This document shows positions 46,201-59,521 of a DNA stretch of 64,000 bases, piece by piece. The position numbers and the translations under genes are program-made. The stretch is taken from contig NW_003314264.1 in NCBI RefSeq assembly GCF_000143415.4, positions 1,113,650-1,177,649 of the forward strand. The letters are read 5' to 3'. The DNA is from Selaginella moellendorffii. Taxonomy: Eukaryota > Plantae > Lycopodiophyta. Each line of letters begins with the position of its first letter. The stretch's first letter is position 1. The notes under the pieces are model-generated. The model saw nothing but the letters and a program-made list of their open reading frames with translations. It ran no database searches and was not told the DNA's origin.

Positions 46201-49199
46201 ACTAAGGTTTAAGCTAATTAAAGTCAACTCCAACCCCTTCACTTGTTTGTATTGGCTTACGAAAATTGAGAGGTTTTCAAACAAAATGATCAACAGATCA
46301 GCCATTGGAGAAGTTTGAGAAAATTTGTGAAAAATTTTCCATCTTAGATAAAGAATGACTCTCAGTCTAGGAACACAAATTTTCAAGACTCAACCAACTT
46401 CCTCTTACTAGCAACTTCATATAGGTTCACTTCAACACTAATTTTTATGACCCAACAGCATGCTTAAGCATTAAATATCTTTGCCCATATATTCGACATT
46501 TAACACTAACATCCGTAAAATGCAAGATGAACATCTAAAGCTTGATTACGAAAACCATATCTTTGGATATCCACATTATATTTAAGACTTTTCTTCAATC
46601 ACCTTTAAGATCCAATATGAAGCCAAAACATTAACAAAAAAAAATAATGACATAGAAAATCAAGGTCCAAGGAAAATTTCTCATCACTCAAAATAACAAA
46701 TGCCACTTCTACTAACAGAAGTGTTAGTGATGTCAATGCCCCAACTACACATTTTCTTCATCCAACAATTTACTCTAAGTGCTAACGGATCAACTAACAA
46801 GCCATAGCAAGTGAATATTATAACCCTTTTCAACACCTTATAGGCAAACCCTCAAGGAAACAAAGTACCAACTTAAGCTTAGCATAATAAATCACTATTG
46901 AGAATCTAGTTAAAGCTACTACAATACTACTATGTGCAAGTAGACTAACTTCACTATCAATCACTTTGGGGTTAATCATCATTTAACCAAGCAACTTAGT
47001 AACCACATTACTCATTAACACATAAATATGATATAAAAATCATAATGACTTGATCATCAATTGAGCAACACCACGAGCAATGCTCATATCACTACTTCAA
47101 AGGTTTATATGAGTATCAAGTGCTAACTCAATTCGACAAAATGCAACGTAAATGTTACACTCCATCGATCGAGATTTACAACACTCAATACCATTAACTC
47201 TTGTTCATAACACAGATAAGCTTATGCCACTCTCTTTCCAACCAAACTCAAAACTAATCCAACACTAAGCTACTTAAGGAGCAATAGCAAGGTTCCCCGA
47301 AAAAGAATTGAGCATTATAACCCAAGTCTTCCAATAGTGAGACTAGACAAAATGGTTTAGCGCTTCACCGCTATCCATCCCATAATTCACCACTTATAAA
47401 ACTATCATTTCCAATATGCATCAAGGTAGGGACTTTTGATTGCATAATGTGAACACGAACAATAAGTCATATCTCGTTGCAAATCATTTCTTTAAGAAGA
47501 GAAAATGATTTACATGTTTGATCCTTCGTCCCCAATGACTCTCTTTTCAATCTCATCTTTTGGTTAAACCTCAAGCTTGCTTTTGCACTGCCTTCAATCC
47601 AATCCAAGAAAAGTTTATGAGAGAGCACGGCAATAACTACTTGAACTAATAGACTAATCCTTACAATCTTGATTGATTTACTTATAATTATGCCTAGGAA
47701 GGATCCACTAGTGCCATGCTAAACAACTACAGACGAGCTTATTTACCACTGATAGCAAACCTAGGGAAGGTTTACTTTCACCCATGGTACATGGAACAGC
47801 TTATGGAACTACTGGAAGTACTCATGGAACCACCGATAAGTTAACATTAATCTTGCTAACTCAAAGTGTAAGCTTGAGTTGCTAATGTGTCTCATTCACA
47901 AGCCCAAGCGCAAACTCGTGCAAACAAAACATCTCACATCCATCCTATGAGCCTAAGCACAAGCTTGTATAATCTACTACAAAAGGTAACCAAAGTCCAT
48001 ACCCAAGGAACAAATGTGAAGTCTTAGCACCCAAATGTGTACTCACTCGGATCATCATTTTCATCTCTGCGTATGTAGCTTAATCTCATTGAATAGTGAG
48101 ACATATTTTCTAATACCAAATATAGCGCACATGGTTTTTACCCTTTATCATATGGTAATTTACCATAGGATAACCACAAAGTAGAACCTAAACCCTTTAT
48201 ATGCCACATGTCACCTGCCACATGTCATATGCCACGTGTCCAAAAGATAGTGGTGCAAAACCGGAGTTTTATGGCCTTAGGCCACTAAACGAAGGAACAG
48301 TGCCAAACTCCTAAACATGAAGCCAAGGAGTGATGGCACTGGAGCACAAAACAACTTTCGAGCGTACAGCCCAAGGAGCGAAGGGACAAGAAGGTGGAGT
48401 GACTTGAAATAGTCCTAAAGTATCCAGCATCTCAATGCCAAGACCAACATGCAAAATGGAGCCAACGGAGTGTGGCATTATTTTAGCATACCAGTGGCCT
48501 AATGCGAGGATATAGGTACTCCACTAGCTAGGGCAAGCACGCAAGCGGGAGTTAGACTATGCCTTAAGTTTGCCCAACCTACCCCACTATCCTTAATATA
48601 CATTTGGAATCCCCCACCCCCCTAAGGAACACACGTTTTGGGCTTTCACCCTTAGTACTAAGAGTTAGTCTTTGGGACAAGCTTGAAACTTATTAAATAT
48701 GGAATGTTCTTAGATTGTGAATTTGGACACAAGACAAACCAGGATGATCTTTACATTCCGTAGATATGCCGAATAAGTGAATCTAGACACTTTTCATAAA
48801 TAGCATTTGGGACCAAAATGAGACTAAACACTATCGCTATCATGCCTTTTGTGTTAGTAGACATAGTAAGCTATCATTTAGCAATATTGAAGGACCAAGC
48901 TCAATATTGTGGGGGTTCTTGATACTAGCAAGTGCAAGCTAATGACACAAGTTTCTCAAACTAGACCGAGTATGCTCAGCAAGAAACACATAGGATATTT
49001 ATCCAATTTAAATGCATTATCATTGACCAGTTTCTCAACTAGCTCAAATGGGAATTGATAATGGGTTCAATAGTACCAACCTTTTATCGTCGTGGCAACA
49101 AGAAAAGAATATCCGAAAGGACTAGCTGATTGGTAATTTTTGATACCTAAAGTCACATTCGCAACAATGCCATTCCATATTTCAATATAAGCATTCAAA

Positions 49200-50140
49200 A
49201 GCTTTTATTATGGTAAATGCTTTAGTACTTTATTGATATTTGAGCCAATTATATATACAAATCCATCATCCTCCACAGATAGCATTGTTGATTTACAACT
49301 TCAACAATTAATATCTACAAAACCATATATCTACATCTTTAAAATCTTTTATTACTAATTTTCTTGTTTTTTAAAGTAACCAGCAATCAATACCTTTGTT
49401 AGTGGTCAGACTTTCCCATAAAACATGCATTCTCTTCCATGTTAACACTAAATTATAATTGTCCTCAAGAGTTAATTCAAAATATCCATTTGGAGAAACT
49501 AGTGGATTCAACTTGAGTAAATAGGATCTTATCTCATATTTTTCACCACTCATAAGTGTAGACCTGTAAATCCAACAATTATTAACAGCTGCATTTATAA
49601 AGGTTTTATTATTATTCATAGTGATACTCTTAAAGTTATATCTTCTAGCATTTAGTAGTTTGTATTTAATACCAACATAATCTGCTATAAGACCATAATT
49701 TCCCACTCGAGCTTCTTTTAAGATATCAAACAAAAGCTGATTAAGTTTTCCAATAATTTCTTCTCCTGATGCCCCTGTCCCTGTTTGTCTCCATGCCATA
49801 CTACACATCCCATTAGGATTTCTACTGTATATCCATATGGTAATTTCAATGACTTTATTTGGTAAAGAAAGAGTTTTAGTCCAAGGAAATGCATTATACT
49901 ATTTATATGTTTCTTCTATTTTACTATCCATCATATCCACTAAAATTTTTCCAATTTCATTAATATCACTTCTAGTAATAAATCTATAAAGTGTAAGAGC
50001 GTCCCAATTTACATCTGCTTCAATAGTCAGATTTGCTAATCTGAGAGTCACTATTAGAAGAATAGCTAGCTTCATGGAAAATACACAGAAATGTGAAATG
50101 CCAAATTAAACAATTACCAGCTATTTTGTATCCATCAGAA
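49200..50140 (-). pseudogene. B-lectin-like domain pseudogene (paralog of 8200-9120)
   Basis: LVSPNGYFELTLEDNYNLVL..VLWES. Confidence 0.55.
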
Positions 50141-50221
50141 ATAATATTATAAATTTACTAAATTGAAAATCACTAGTTATAGTGTATCGTGCCTAATAAA
50201 ACAGTTTTCATAGGGGAAGCT

Positions 50222-51641
50222 TTAGTTTCTTCTTCCTTCGCTCTCGTTATAGCTGTCATTGGAGTGATCGGAGAAGGATGACGAGCTCTCGCCCGCACTC
50301 ACGAATTCGACAAATGGCTCGCGATCAGTGACCTTGATCACCTCAGAGCTGATGCCCGACGAAGAATTGCAGCTCAGCATCGCATCTTCACTGGTGCTAG
50401 AAGAATAGCTTGCGTTGCAGTTGTTCCTGGCGACCGAAACGTTCCTTACGACCATGCTGTTCGTGTTCATGGCTCGAGGCGGCGGCATGAGCACCCTTGC
50501 GGCTGACTCTCGTCTCTGGAGAAAACCAAAGACAACCAAAAGCAAAAGAGAATGTTGTGGATTTTTCACTGAAAAGATTACCTCCCTATGCTGTGGAGCA
50601 ACATCTGTGTCTCTTGAGGTATCATCCCTGTCATCTCCTGGCCTAAAAGAATGAAACAAAGTGCTACTATAAACTTGAAAGCATGGAAAAAATACCTCGG
50701 ACTTCTGTCTGTCCACTCATCATCGGCATCGGCATCGTCACTGGAGCTTCCTTCGATAAATATATCATCCTCGCTCAAGTCCATGGGCTCCTCGTCTTCG
50801 CTCCCCGTCTCTAAGTTGTAAAAGAGAGTTAGAGGACCATTCAGAACTTTGCTTCTTTTCTTTTCTACCTTCGAGCTCAGTTCCCGCGGCCACGGCAGCA
50901 CTTCGTCGGGATTTAATCTTCTCGCGGATTTCCAGCCTCCGGGATCTCGTGAGCTCGTCGTCGCTCCCGATAAACAGTGATACATACCTTTCAGACTTTG
51001 GAAAAAACTGCACGACAGTGAACCTGGTTTTTCAGTGACGAGCCTCGATATGAGATAAAGACGAGAAAGAAGAGAAGACTTTGTCTTCGCTACATACCCG
51101 CACGTATTCAAGGTCTTCTTTCAGCCTTGCAAGTTGATCCGCGATGCCGGCTATTTGTCTTGAGGCATTTGCCTGATGTGGATGATGATCCAAGTTCCAG
51201 CGATGCTGCTTCTCCAGACGTCGAATTCTTCTCTCAAGCTTCCTACGTTCTAAGCATCCAAAGAGATCCAAACGAATAAAAAGAAAGTAAAGCGACTCCA
51301 CTCACCAAAGAACTTTAGCTTTCTATCCCGCAGAGCCAATTTCCGATGCGCGTGGAGCTCCGCCTGCCGCCTGAGATCTTCCAGCCGCTTCTCATGCGCG
51401 GTCTTGATCTCGAGAGGGAGAGTCTGCAAATGCGATCCAGCACTTTCCATGAATTTCCCGAAGAATTCGAGCTTACCTTCTTGAGCAGGCGCTCGATGGA
51501 GCGAATCTGGTTGCGAATTGCCTTGCGATCCCCTTCCTTGCCGCGCACAGCCAGCCCGCGGGACGATCGCGCGGCATACCCGCCCCCCAGCGACGGAGAT
51601 CTTCCGGCGACACGCCTCTTGGCGTAAGGACCATGCGCCAT
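50222..51641 (-). CDS. EFG1: rRNA-processing protein Efg1 (multi-exon, short introns)
   Basis: MAHGPYAKRR, IRNQIRSIERLLKK, KLKFF|ERRKLERRIRRL, LKEDLEYVR|FFPKSERYVSLF; e.g. intron 51424-51476. Confidence 0.88.
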
Positions 51642-51754
51642 TCCTCTACCTAGGGTTGGCGCTCACCAGGAAGATGCGCCAACACTTGGCCGCCATACTC
51701 ACTGTGAATAGAAAGGAGCGAAAATGTGGATAAGGTCATCCAACGGCCAAATCA

Positions 51755-51801
51755 AATGCCACGTGTACGCTGAACATTAAATTGAATGCCACGTGTACGC
51801 T
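51755..51801. promoter_or_regulatory. Tandem duplicated G-box (aatgccacgtgtacgct x2) upstream of EFG1
   Basis: Exact 17-bp direct repeat containing CACGTG. Confidence 0.5.
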
Positions 51802-51806
51802 AGGCA

Positions 51807-54353
51807 TTAGCAAGCTATAACATTGGAGAGCATCGAGTAGGCCGAGATCTTCCATGGTTCCAGTGCTATGGCGTGCTGGGCAGCTCGCACACCGTGTTCT
51901 AGCGATCCCTGGGCTCTACACGCGCTCAACAGGCACCCCCAAGCCACTGTCGAGCTCACCGTTTTGTCCACCACTCTGGTAACCTCTTCCGCGTCGCCCA
52001 ATTCCCCCAGCCGCGCGAGGAGATCGACCACGCAACAGTAGTGCTCTCGCGAAGGATTCACGCCAAAGTCGCTCCAGATCCCCACGAAGAACTGGTAGCA
52101 GTCTTGCGCCTGGCCCAAGTGGCTCAGTGCCGCGAGAGCCCCGGTCACTGAGACCTCGTCGGGATTGACGCCGTCGAGCAGCATCTCGCGAAACATTGCG
52201 AGGGCTTCGCTCGGACGCGAGCTGGCAAATGCCGTGACGATAGTGTTCCAGGTGATCACGTCCTTCTCGGGAGTGGCGTCTAGGATCTCTTTCACTTTTT
52301 GGTCGTGGCCAGTGACTAGGTATACAGACATTATCGAATTCCACGATACCAAGTTCCACGAAGACATTCGCGTGTAGGTGGATACCGCAAGCTCAAGATC
52401 CCCGCTTTGGGCATTTGTTGCAACAAACGTGTTCCAAGACACCACATCCCTTTCCGGCATTTCATCAAAGACTTTCTTCGCGGAAGCATAGAGATTTTTT
52501 CGGGAAAGCACCGCCAGCATAACGTTGCAAGCCACAATGCTGAAGTGCGGCATCTTTTCAAAGACGTTACAGCTTCCGCCGGCATCTGCAGCCACTATTG
52601 CGTTCCAGGAAACAAAATCTCTCTCGGGCGCCTCGTCAAAGACGGACTTGGCTTGTTTCAGCTGGTTGCTCTTGCAGAACGCACTTATCATCGAGTTGAA
52701 AGAGACGAGGTCCCGGCACGGCATCTTTGCAAAGACTTCTTGAGAAGCAGCAGCCAAATCTTCCTGCTGAACAAATGTCGCCATCAGCGTGTTCCACGAC
52801 ATCACTTCTCTCACGGGCATATCATCGAAAACCAGTTTTGCCTGGAGGATTTCACCGGCGTTGGAAAGCACGGCCATCATGTTGTTCCACGAAGATATGC
52901 TCCGGCAAGGGATTTTGGCAAACAGATCGTCAGCTTCAGCAATGTGTCCACTGTGACCACACGCAGAAATCATCGCGTTCCAGCAGATTACGTCCCGCTG
53001 GCTCATGTTTCTAAAGAGATTGCTGGCCTCTCCAAACTTTTCGTTGCTGACGAGAATGGTGAAGAGCTCAGTCCACAATATTGGGGTGAGAACATCGCCA
53101 GGAATCCTGTCGATAAGCTCCAACACCTCCGATGCAAGACTAGAATCGATGCAAGCTTGAACGACAACCATCCAAGAAACAACGTTGTGAGTCGGCATCT
53201 TGTTGAAGGCATGGATCGCTTTCAAAGAATGACCAACTTGAGCATAGGCAGTCACCATTATGTTCCATGATACAATGGTTTTTGCAACCATTGTATCAAA
53301 CATGACTCTGGCATCGTCAACATACCCAAGTTGGGCATACCCCTGGATTAAAGAGTTCCAGGAAACCGAATCTTTACACGGCATCTCGTCAAAGATAAGC
53401 CACGCTTGCCAAAGATTCCCGGCCTCGGCATTTGCCGCGATTACGAGGTTGTACGATACTGTGTTTCGTACGGGCATCCGATTGAATATCTGGAAAGCTT
53501 CTTGATAATCCCCGGTCTGGGCATGTACCGATATGAGGGTGTTCCACGAGAAAACATCACGCGCAGGATTCTCGTCGAAGAGAGATTTGCACAATTCAGC
53601 ACTTGACAATCCAGTATTCATTAAAGCATTCCAAGATTCAGTGCTGTGAATCGGCATTTGATCGAACAGGTATTTGGCTTCATCGATTTGCCCCGCTTGA
53701 GCATTCGCCGAAACCATCGCGGTTGATACAACTACGTCGTGAGCAGGCATCTTTTCAAGCATCGAAGACGCCCATTCAAGATTCCCGTTGACCAGGTAGG
53801 CGCAGATCAGCGTCGTCCAGGAAACCTCATCGCGAATGCGCATTTGGTCAAACAAATTCCTTGCGTTATGCAAATGCCGGTTTTGGGCAAATGTCTGCAG
53901 CATCACATTCCACGTGACGGCGTTCCATGACGACATCCGACCATAGATATCTTGCGCTTGGTGGACGTTTTTCTGGTGTCCATAGCCAGTGATCATCACA
54001 TTGTAAGTAACAAGGGTTTTAATCGGAGCCTTGTCAAAGTACTCCTTCGCGCTATATAGCTGCCCATTTTGGGCAAATGCTGAGACAATTATTGTCCAGG
54101 AGAATTCATTGGGCTCCGGGATGGATTCAAACACCAAGCGTGCGTCGTTGAGGCTCCCACACTTGCCATACATTCGTACGAGAAGATTGAGGAGGAAAGT
54201 GTTGTGGGAGTGTGGAGTCTGGGTGATGAGATTGTGGATGCGCTTGAGCTCCCCAAGATCTTTGGAGTTCCCGCAGAGATTCACAGCGTGCGCGAGCGTG
54301 TCTTGGGCGCTGGCTCTCAGTGCTTGTGCTTGCTTGGCAGCAACTTTATGCAT
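51807..54353 (-). CDS. PLS-class PPR protein with a long array of short (S/SS) motifs and an E domain, no DYW
   Basis: Intact intronless ORF with repeated FDEMP.RDVVSWN motifs; first ATG at 54353. Confidence 0.92.
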   Translation of the reverse strand: MHKVAAKQAQALRASAQDTLAHAVNLCGNSKDLGELKRIHNLITQTPHSHNTFLLNLLVRMYGKCGSLNDARLVFESIPEPNEFSWTIIVSAFAQNGQLYSAKEYFDKAPIKTLVTYNVMITGYGHQKNVHQAQDIYGRMSSWNAVTWNVMLQTFAQNRHLHNARNLFDQMRIRDEVSWTTLICAYLVNGNLEWASSMLEKMPAHDVVVSTAMVSANAQAGQIDEAKYLFDQMPIHSTESWNALMNTGLSSAELCKSLFDENPARDVFSWNTLISVHAQTGDYQEAFQIFNRMPVRNTVSYNLVIAANAEAGNLWQAWLIFDEMPCKDSVSWNSLIQGYAQLGYVDDARVMFDTMVAKTIVSWNIMVTAYAQVGHSLKAIHAFNKMPTHNVVSWMVVVQACIDSSLASEVLELIDRIPGDVLTPILWTELFTILVSNEKFGEASNLFRNMSQRDVICWNAMISACGHSGHIAEADDLFAKIPCRSISSWNNMMAVLSNAGEILQAKLVFDDMPVREVMSWNTLMATFVQQEDLAAASQEVFAKMPCRDLVSFNSMISAFCKSNQLKQAKSVFDEAPERDFVSWNAIVAADAGGSCNVFEKMPHFSIVACNVMLAVLSRKNLYASAKKVFDEMPERDVVSWNTFVATNAQSGDLELAVSTYTRMSSWNLVSWNSIMSVYLVTGHDQKVKEILDATPEKDVITWNTIVTAFASSRPSEALAMFREMLLDGVNPDEVSVTGALAALSHLGQAQDCYQFFVGIWSDFGVNPSREHYCCVVDLLARLGELGDAEEVTRVVDKTVSSTVAWGCLLSACRAQGSLEHGVRAAQHAIALEPWKISAYSMLSNVIAC

Positions 54354-54829
54354 GCCAACCAAACATAATTTTTTCGATGACAGAATATACTTCGAGATTA
54401 TAGCATATTCTATTATTTAAATTAATGTTTGGATTTTAAAACATCAAATTTTGTCTAATAAACATTAATTTCTTTTCACTACTATAAAAATTCATTATTT
54501 TTATAAATTAAATATCATTGATCCACAATTTCTAGACCCTGTGGAACTTTTTGAAGTTTTTGTACATTGCACAATTGATTTTACCTATATGGTGGTCTAG
54601 ATTGGTCCAAAATTGCATATTATTACTATCAGACTTATATCAATCAATTATAGTTTGGATGTCAATGCGTGTTTGATTTCAAGTGAAGGTGAAAAAAAAC
54701 TCAAAAAAGTATGAAGAGGCAACAAGTATATAACAAATATGATGTCACAAGTGATATAATTTCAGTAAAAAGGTAGCTATTATGTAATATCTAAAGAAAA
54801 CAACTATACAAATATCTTCTCTAATTATT

Positions 54830-55210
54830 ACTAGAGAGATAATTTGGAAACTTGGAAAATTAATATCAATAAATCATATGCTTGTATTTTAAAAGAATTT
54901 ATGTCAATTCCCTGTAAAGCATATATCCATATCCAAATTAACACCAAATTACAATTTTCCTTGTGAGTTAATTCATCTCTTAGAGAAACTAGAAGGTTAG
55001 ATTTAGTAAATATCCTATTTTTCACCACTCAATAATAGTAGATATTTATATCTAATAATTAGTAATAGTTGGATTTGTATAAATTTTATTTTTGATATTT
55101 GACCCTAAACAATAATTTGCTAAAATTTTATTAAAAGCTCAATAAGGATTAGTCATTTGTCCCCATTAGGCTTTTTACTGTAGATCCATATGTTAATCTC
55201 AAAACATTTA
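54830..55210 (-). pseudogene. Third, more decayed B-lectin-like remnant
   Basis: Matches ENCNLVL and ITIWIYSK segments of the other two copies. Confidence 0.45.
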
Positions 55211-57539
55211 TTTTGATAGACTAAGATTATCAATGCTAGGGCCAATCCATAAATTTTAAAAATACTTAATAAAATTTTGCCATGTTAAGAAGCTGTAAAA
55301 TCTACATGTACAAATTTTAATGTACAGTTTAGCATGGGCCCAAGTACAAGAATGCTTTGCAAACCACTTATGAGTGACTCTGTGGTGGGTAATGGCATTG
55401 CTAAAACCTGGCCAGAGGTTCTTTAGTCCTGGCCACAGTCACATACCTCTAGAACTGTGGGCTTAAGGTGTTGAAGGTATTCTTGCTTGTCAGGTTTGGG
55501 TGGACCTCTTGGCTTGTGGTGCATGACATGACATGTACAAACTCAGCTAGTGGATTTTCCATAAACAATTAGGAGAAGATTCTAGGTTAACAGGAATATT
55601 TTCATCCTAAATACCCAGCCACAATTAGGGTTCCCACTCTTTACCTCTTTGTCGTGTTCTAGCAAGAGAGATGTGAGCTAGAGAGGCATATGGTGTTGAG
55701 GGCTGGCCACCCTCAACAAATGGCGACCACAGCAGGATCCAGATGAGAGCATCACAATCCTTCTCTTTCTCTCATTTCTCATATAGATGTATAGTTTCTA
55801 GTGTCTTCTTGCACTCCTTGCAGGCAGGTGCCATGGAGTAGAGATTTCTTTCTTTCTAGTCATTCTTGGAGAGTTTGAGAGATTTACAATGACATTCTCA
55901 TGTTCTAGAGTGCCAATTCTCTTGTTATTTTCTTTGTGTGATAGATCTGGGTCTCTTCTCCCCTCACATGCTTGGATCGCTTAGAGATGTCACTGTTTTC
56001 ATTGCATGAAAGTATATTTTAAAGCTCAGTGTGCTCTCAAATCTTCATCATTTGGCATGCCATTTGGTCTTGAGTGAGATCTCTTCGTTCTCTGTTGTTG
56101 AGGTAGGATTCAGAGCATTTCCTAACCATATTTTATCATTGTGTTCTTTGTTGTTGAGGTAAGCCATGTATATGTTTACAGCTTGACTATGCGCTAGAAA
56201 GCATCACATGATTGGGGAGAAAATCGGAGCAGGCCGAGGTATTCTAGTGTCTAGGCTGTGATGGCAGAGGCCAGGAGGTGGGCATTTGCCCATTCCTCTT
56301 CAAGGGCAAGGATTTTGCCCTATAAAAGAGATCAATTGACCCATATGGATGGATCTGATCAAGAGCTGAAAAGGATTAATAATGGAATTGAGGCCCAAAA
56401 GATGATCAGAGGAAGCTCAAAAACCAGTGAGCTATAGGATGCATTTGCTCCTTTTTGGCTATGGGGTCTTGGTCAAGGCTGAGATGAGCAATGCCATAAA
56501 GCTTTGGAAGTGGCTCGATGATGAATATAACAAACACTCAGACATAGAGGTGATGAGGATTCATTCTCAGATTGCATATGTTTGAGGATGGTGGGGATAT
56601 GCAGGTGCACACACAAACATTTAGCAAACTCTTTTTAGATCTTGCTGCCCAAGGAAAGGAACATGAGGTTCCGGATTCAATGCAAAAGATCCTACTCTAC
56701 AAGTCATTGCTAAGAGAGTAGGATGGCTGTGTGGAGATGACGAGAGAAGGGAACTATGTTTGCTGGAGCTGTGGCAAAGTTCATCAATACTGCATTGCTG
56801 TGAGCAAAGAAAGCTCAAACCTACAAAGTCCACCATGCTATGTATGCTAAACAAGAGCTAGTTGGGGCTCCCAGCTGAAGAAAATAGATGGCAAGGACGC
56901 TGAGAATGGGAGCTCAATGCAATGTCTGGAACCAAGCTGGTTGAGGAAGCCAAGGAGATGGAGGCAGCATTTGCAATTGGTTTCATAAGGGAGATGGTTG
57001 AGATAGCACAAGGTGCACCCATTGTGCCAATACAAGATGTGTTGGGAGATTGGACACTGAGCCCAAGATTGTCCTACCAATGTTGTTGCAAACCTGAGAA
57101 AGCCACAAGAGTGATGAAGAGAATCATAATGCAGAGGTTGAGCAGAATGGACAAGCATGGGTGTTAGATTCATGATGTACTAACCTCATGAGTGAATGAA
57201 TGGATGTTTAAGATGTATACACTAGCATAAAGGTCCAAAGGAGTTGTCCTAGGCAATTACACTCGCCTTGGGATCCAAGAGAGTGGAAATCTCCACTTCA
57301 TGCTTGAGGATGGAAATGAGATAGTTTTTTTGTAGAGATCCAAACAGATCCCATGAGCTGTACTAGATTGAATCATGAGAAATACAAGGAAAGAGAGAAG
57401 AAAGAAGAAGAGAAAAAATTGTGATAAAAACCCTAGCTTTTGCATACACTTCCACCTTGCCATACATACTCACTTCATTGTATATGCCAATTTCAAACTT
57501 TACCTCTGCTTTATCTCTATAGATCACCTTCTAACATTA

Positions 57540-58060
57540 CATCCCCTACTCTGAATCCAGTAACCTGAGTTCAAACCTTGGCGAAACCTTGTGATTTATA
57601 ACACGTAAGTTCAGCTAGTCCCTCAACTTCTATTGGTAAAAATTAGAGTCCACTAGAAGGTCTCACATAGGAACTCAAGTTGATCCTTAGTGATCCATGT
57701 ATCTGTGGTAGAGTCAATTCCAACCTAACAAACTTCTTGTTGATGCAAGTTGTGATAAGCCACCTTAATCACATGATATAGCTAAAGTAGAGTTTGATCC
57801 TCACAAACTTGTTGAGGAAGAGGAACATTGAATGAAGTAGTAGCTGCTAGAGGCCCCACATGGAGTTTCAGTTCCAAAATATGGAAGACATCATGAACTC
57901 AGGATGAACTGCAACTTGTAGGCCACCTCATTCACACACTCCATAATCTCAAAATGCCCAAAGAACTTTGGATGGAGCTTGGAATGAGCAGTAGCACAAT
58001 AATCTAGGGTGTGTTTTTCCAAGCGGAACTTAACATGTAAACCCAATCCTCAACCTAGAA
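57540..58060 (-). pseudogene. Gypsy integrase C-terminal remnant
   Basis: KLHPKFFGHFEIMECVNEVAYKLQ on the minus strand. Confidence 0.65.
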
Positions 58061-58078
58061 TTCTTGAAAAGAACGAGA

Positions 58079-58366
58079 ATGCTTTATTTCGTTAAAGTGG
58101 GACTTTTCATTATCCCACTTATGGTGTGTGGCCACATGCCATTTTTATAACAACAATAAAAAATTAAAGTTTTAACTTTATAATTTATAAATTAAAAACT
58201 TTTCATATGATTTTGTGTTATAATATTGTGAAATATAAAAAAATAAATTAAAAAACTGATAGAAATATTAATAAATATTAATTAAGTACTAGGAAATGGC
58301 ATGTGGACACATGCTAATTAATGTCCCACTTTACTAAATAAGTCCCACTTTAACGAAATAAAGCAT
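58079..58366. mobile_element. 288-bp MITE, non-autonomous derivative of the transposon ending at 5992
   Basis: 27-bp perfect TIR atgctttatttcgttaaagtgggactt; 4-bp TSD GAGA; two internal 22-bp palindromes. Confidence 0.93.
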
Positions 58367-58372
58367 GAGATT

Positions 58373-59013
58373 TGTTGTCATAAATGTGACTTTGGGTATC
58401 AAAAGTTACTTATTGGCTATCCTTTTGGATATTCTTTCCTTATTACCACGATGGCATGAGGTTGGTATTACTAAATCCTTTATTAGTCTCCATCTAAGTT
58501 AGTTGAGAAATTGGTCTTCGCATGTACACTTGACTAAATGGGTATAAGGACGGAATTCCTAAATGCTATTAGTCAAGCATACTTGACTTGGTTAAAGAAA
58601 CTCATTCGTTAACTTGCACTTCCTAGTGTTGGGAACCCCTGCAATATTGAGCTCTTAATATTTGCAAAATGATAATTTACTGTATTTACCAAACACTCGC
58701 TATCATGCCTTTTGTGTTAGTCTCATTCCGGTCCTAAATGCTATTTATGGAAGGTGTCTAGATTTGTTCATTTGGCATATTTACAGAATGTAGAGATTGT
58801 CTTGAACACAATGATGTTCGTCCCGTACCCAAATTCACAATCTAAGGATATTCCATATTTAATAAGTTTTAAATTTGTCCCAAAGACTAACTCTTGGTAC
58901 TAAAGGAGGCTTGGGGTGAAAACCTAAAGCGTGTGTTTCTCAAGGGAGGATATGAATGGCTTCAAATGTATAGTAGGGATAGTGGGTAGGTCGGGCATGG
59001 CCGACTAACCTGA
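58373..59013 (+). mobile_element. Family A LTR, 5' part, interrupted at 59014
   Basis: Reverse complement of 17990-18561 and of the flank at 6535-6720. Confidence 0.8.
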
Positions 59014-59489
59014 TGTGAGACACAAAATCCCTAGGCCCCAAAGTGGAGCCGGAAGGGCGCCACATGGTAGTGGCCGAAGCGAGAGCCAAACGAGCGTAAC
59101 ACGTTTGGACCAAAAGCTCCGACTTGAAAAGTCAAGAGCGGGAGTGGAACTCCCAACAAAGTGCTCGAGGAACGAGCACGAGGCGAGCAAAAGGCGAGGC
59201 TCCAAAAAGGGACCCAAAAGGACCAACACATGACACGTGGGAGTGTCCGAGATGGAGTTCGAAGTGGAGTCCGAGGTGGACCCGAGTTGGAGTCCGAAGT
59301 GGAGTCGGAGATGGACCCGAGATGGACCCAAAATGGAGTCCGAGATGGAGTCCGAGATGGACCCGAGATGGACCCGAAATGGAGTCCGAGATGGAGTCCG
59401 AGATGGACCCGAAATGGAGTCCGAGATGGAGTCCGAGATGGACCCGAGATGGAGTCCAAGATGGAGTCCGAAGTCGAGACCGAGACCGG

Positions 59490-59521
<32 letters not shown>

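Larger units (their letters stand above)
33720..49166 (-). mobile_element. LARD-like non-coding LTR element (family A ends) hosting two nested insertions
   Basis: Family A LTR sequence at 33720-34170 and 48570-49166; A/C-rich interior homologous to the 19-22.9 kb region. Confidence 0.6.

Noticed and set aside
52407-53270. 287-aa plus-strand ORF (and similar antisense ORFs over 31-33 kb)
   Set aside because: Antisense shadows of GC-rich PPR coding sequence
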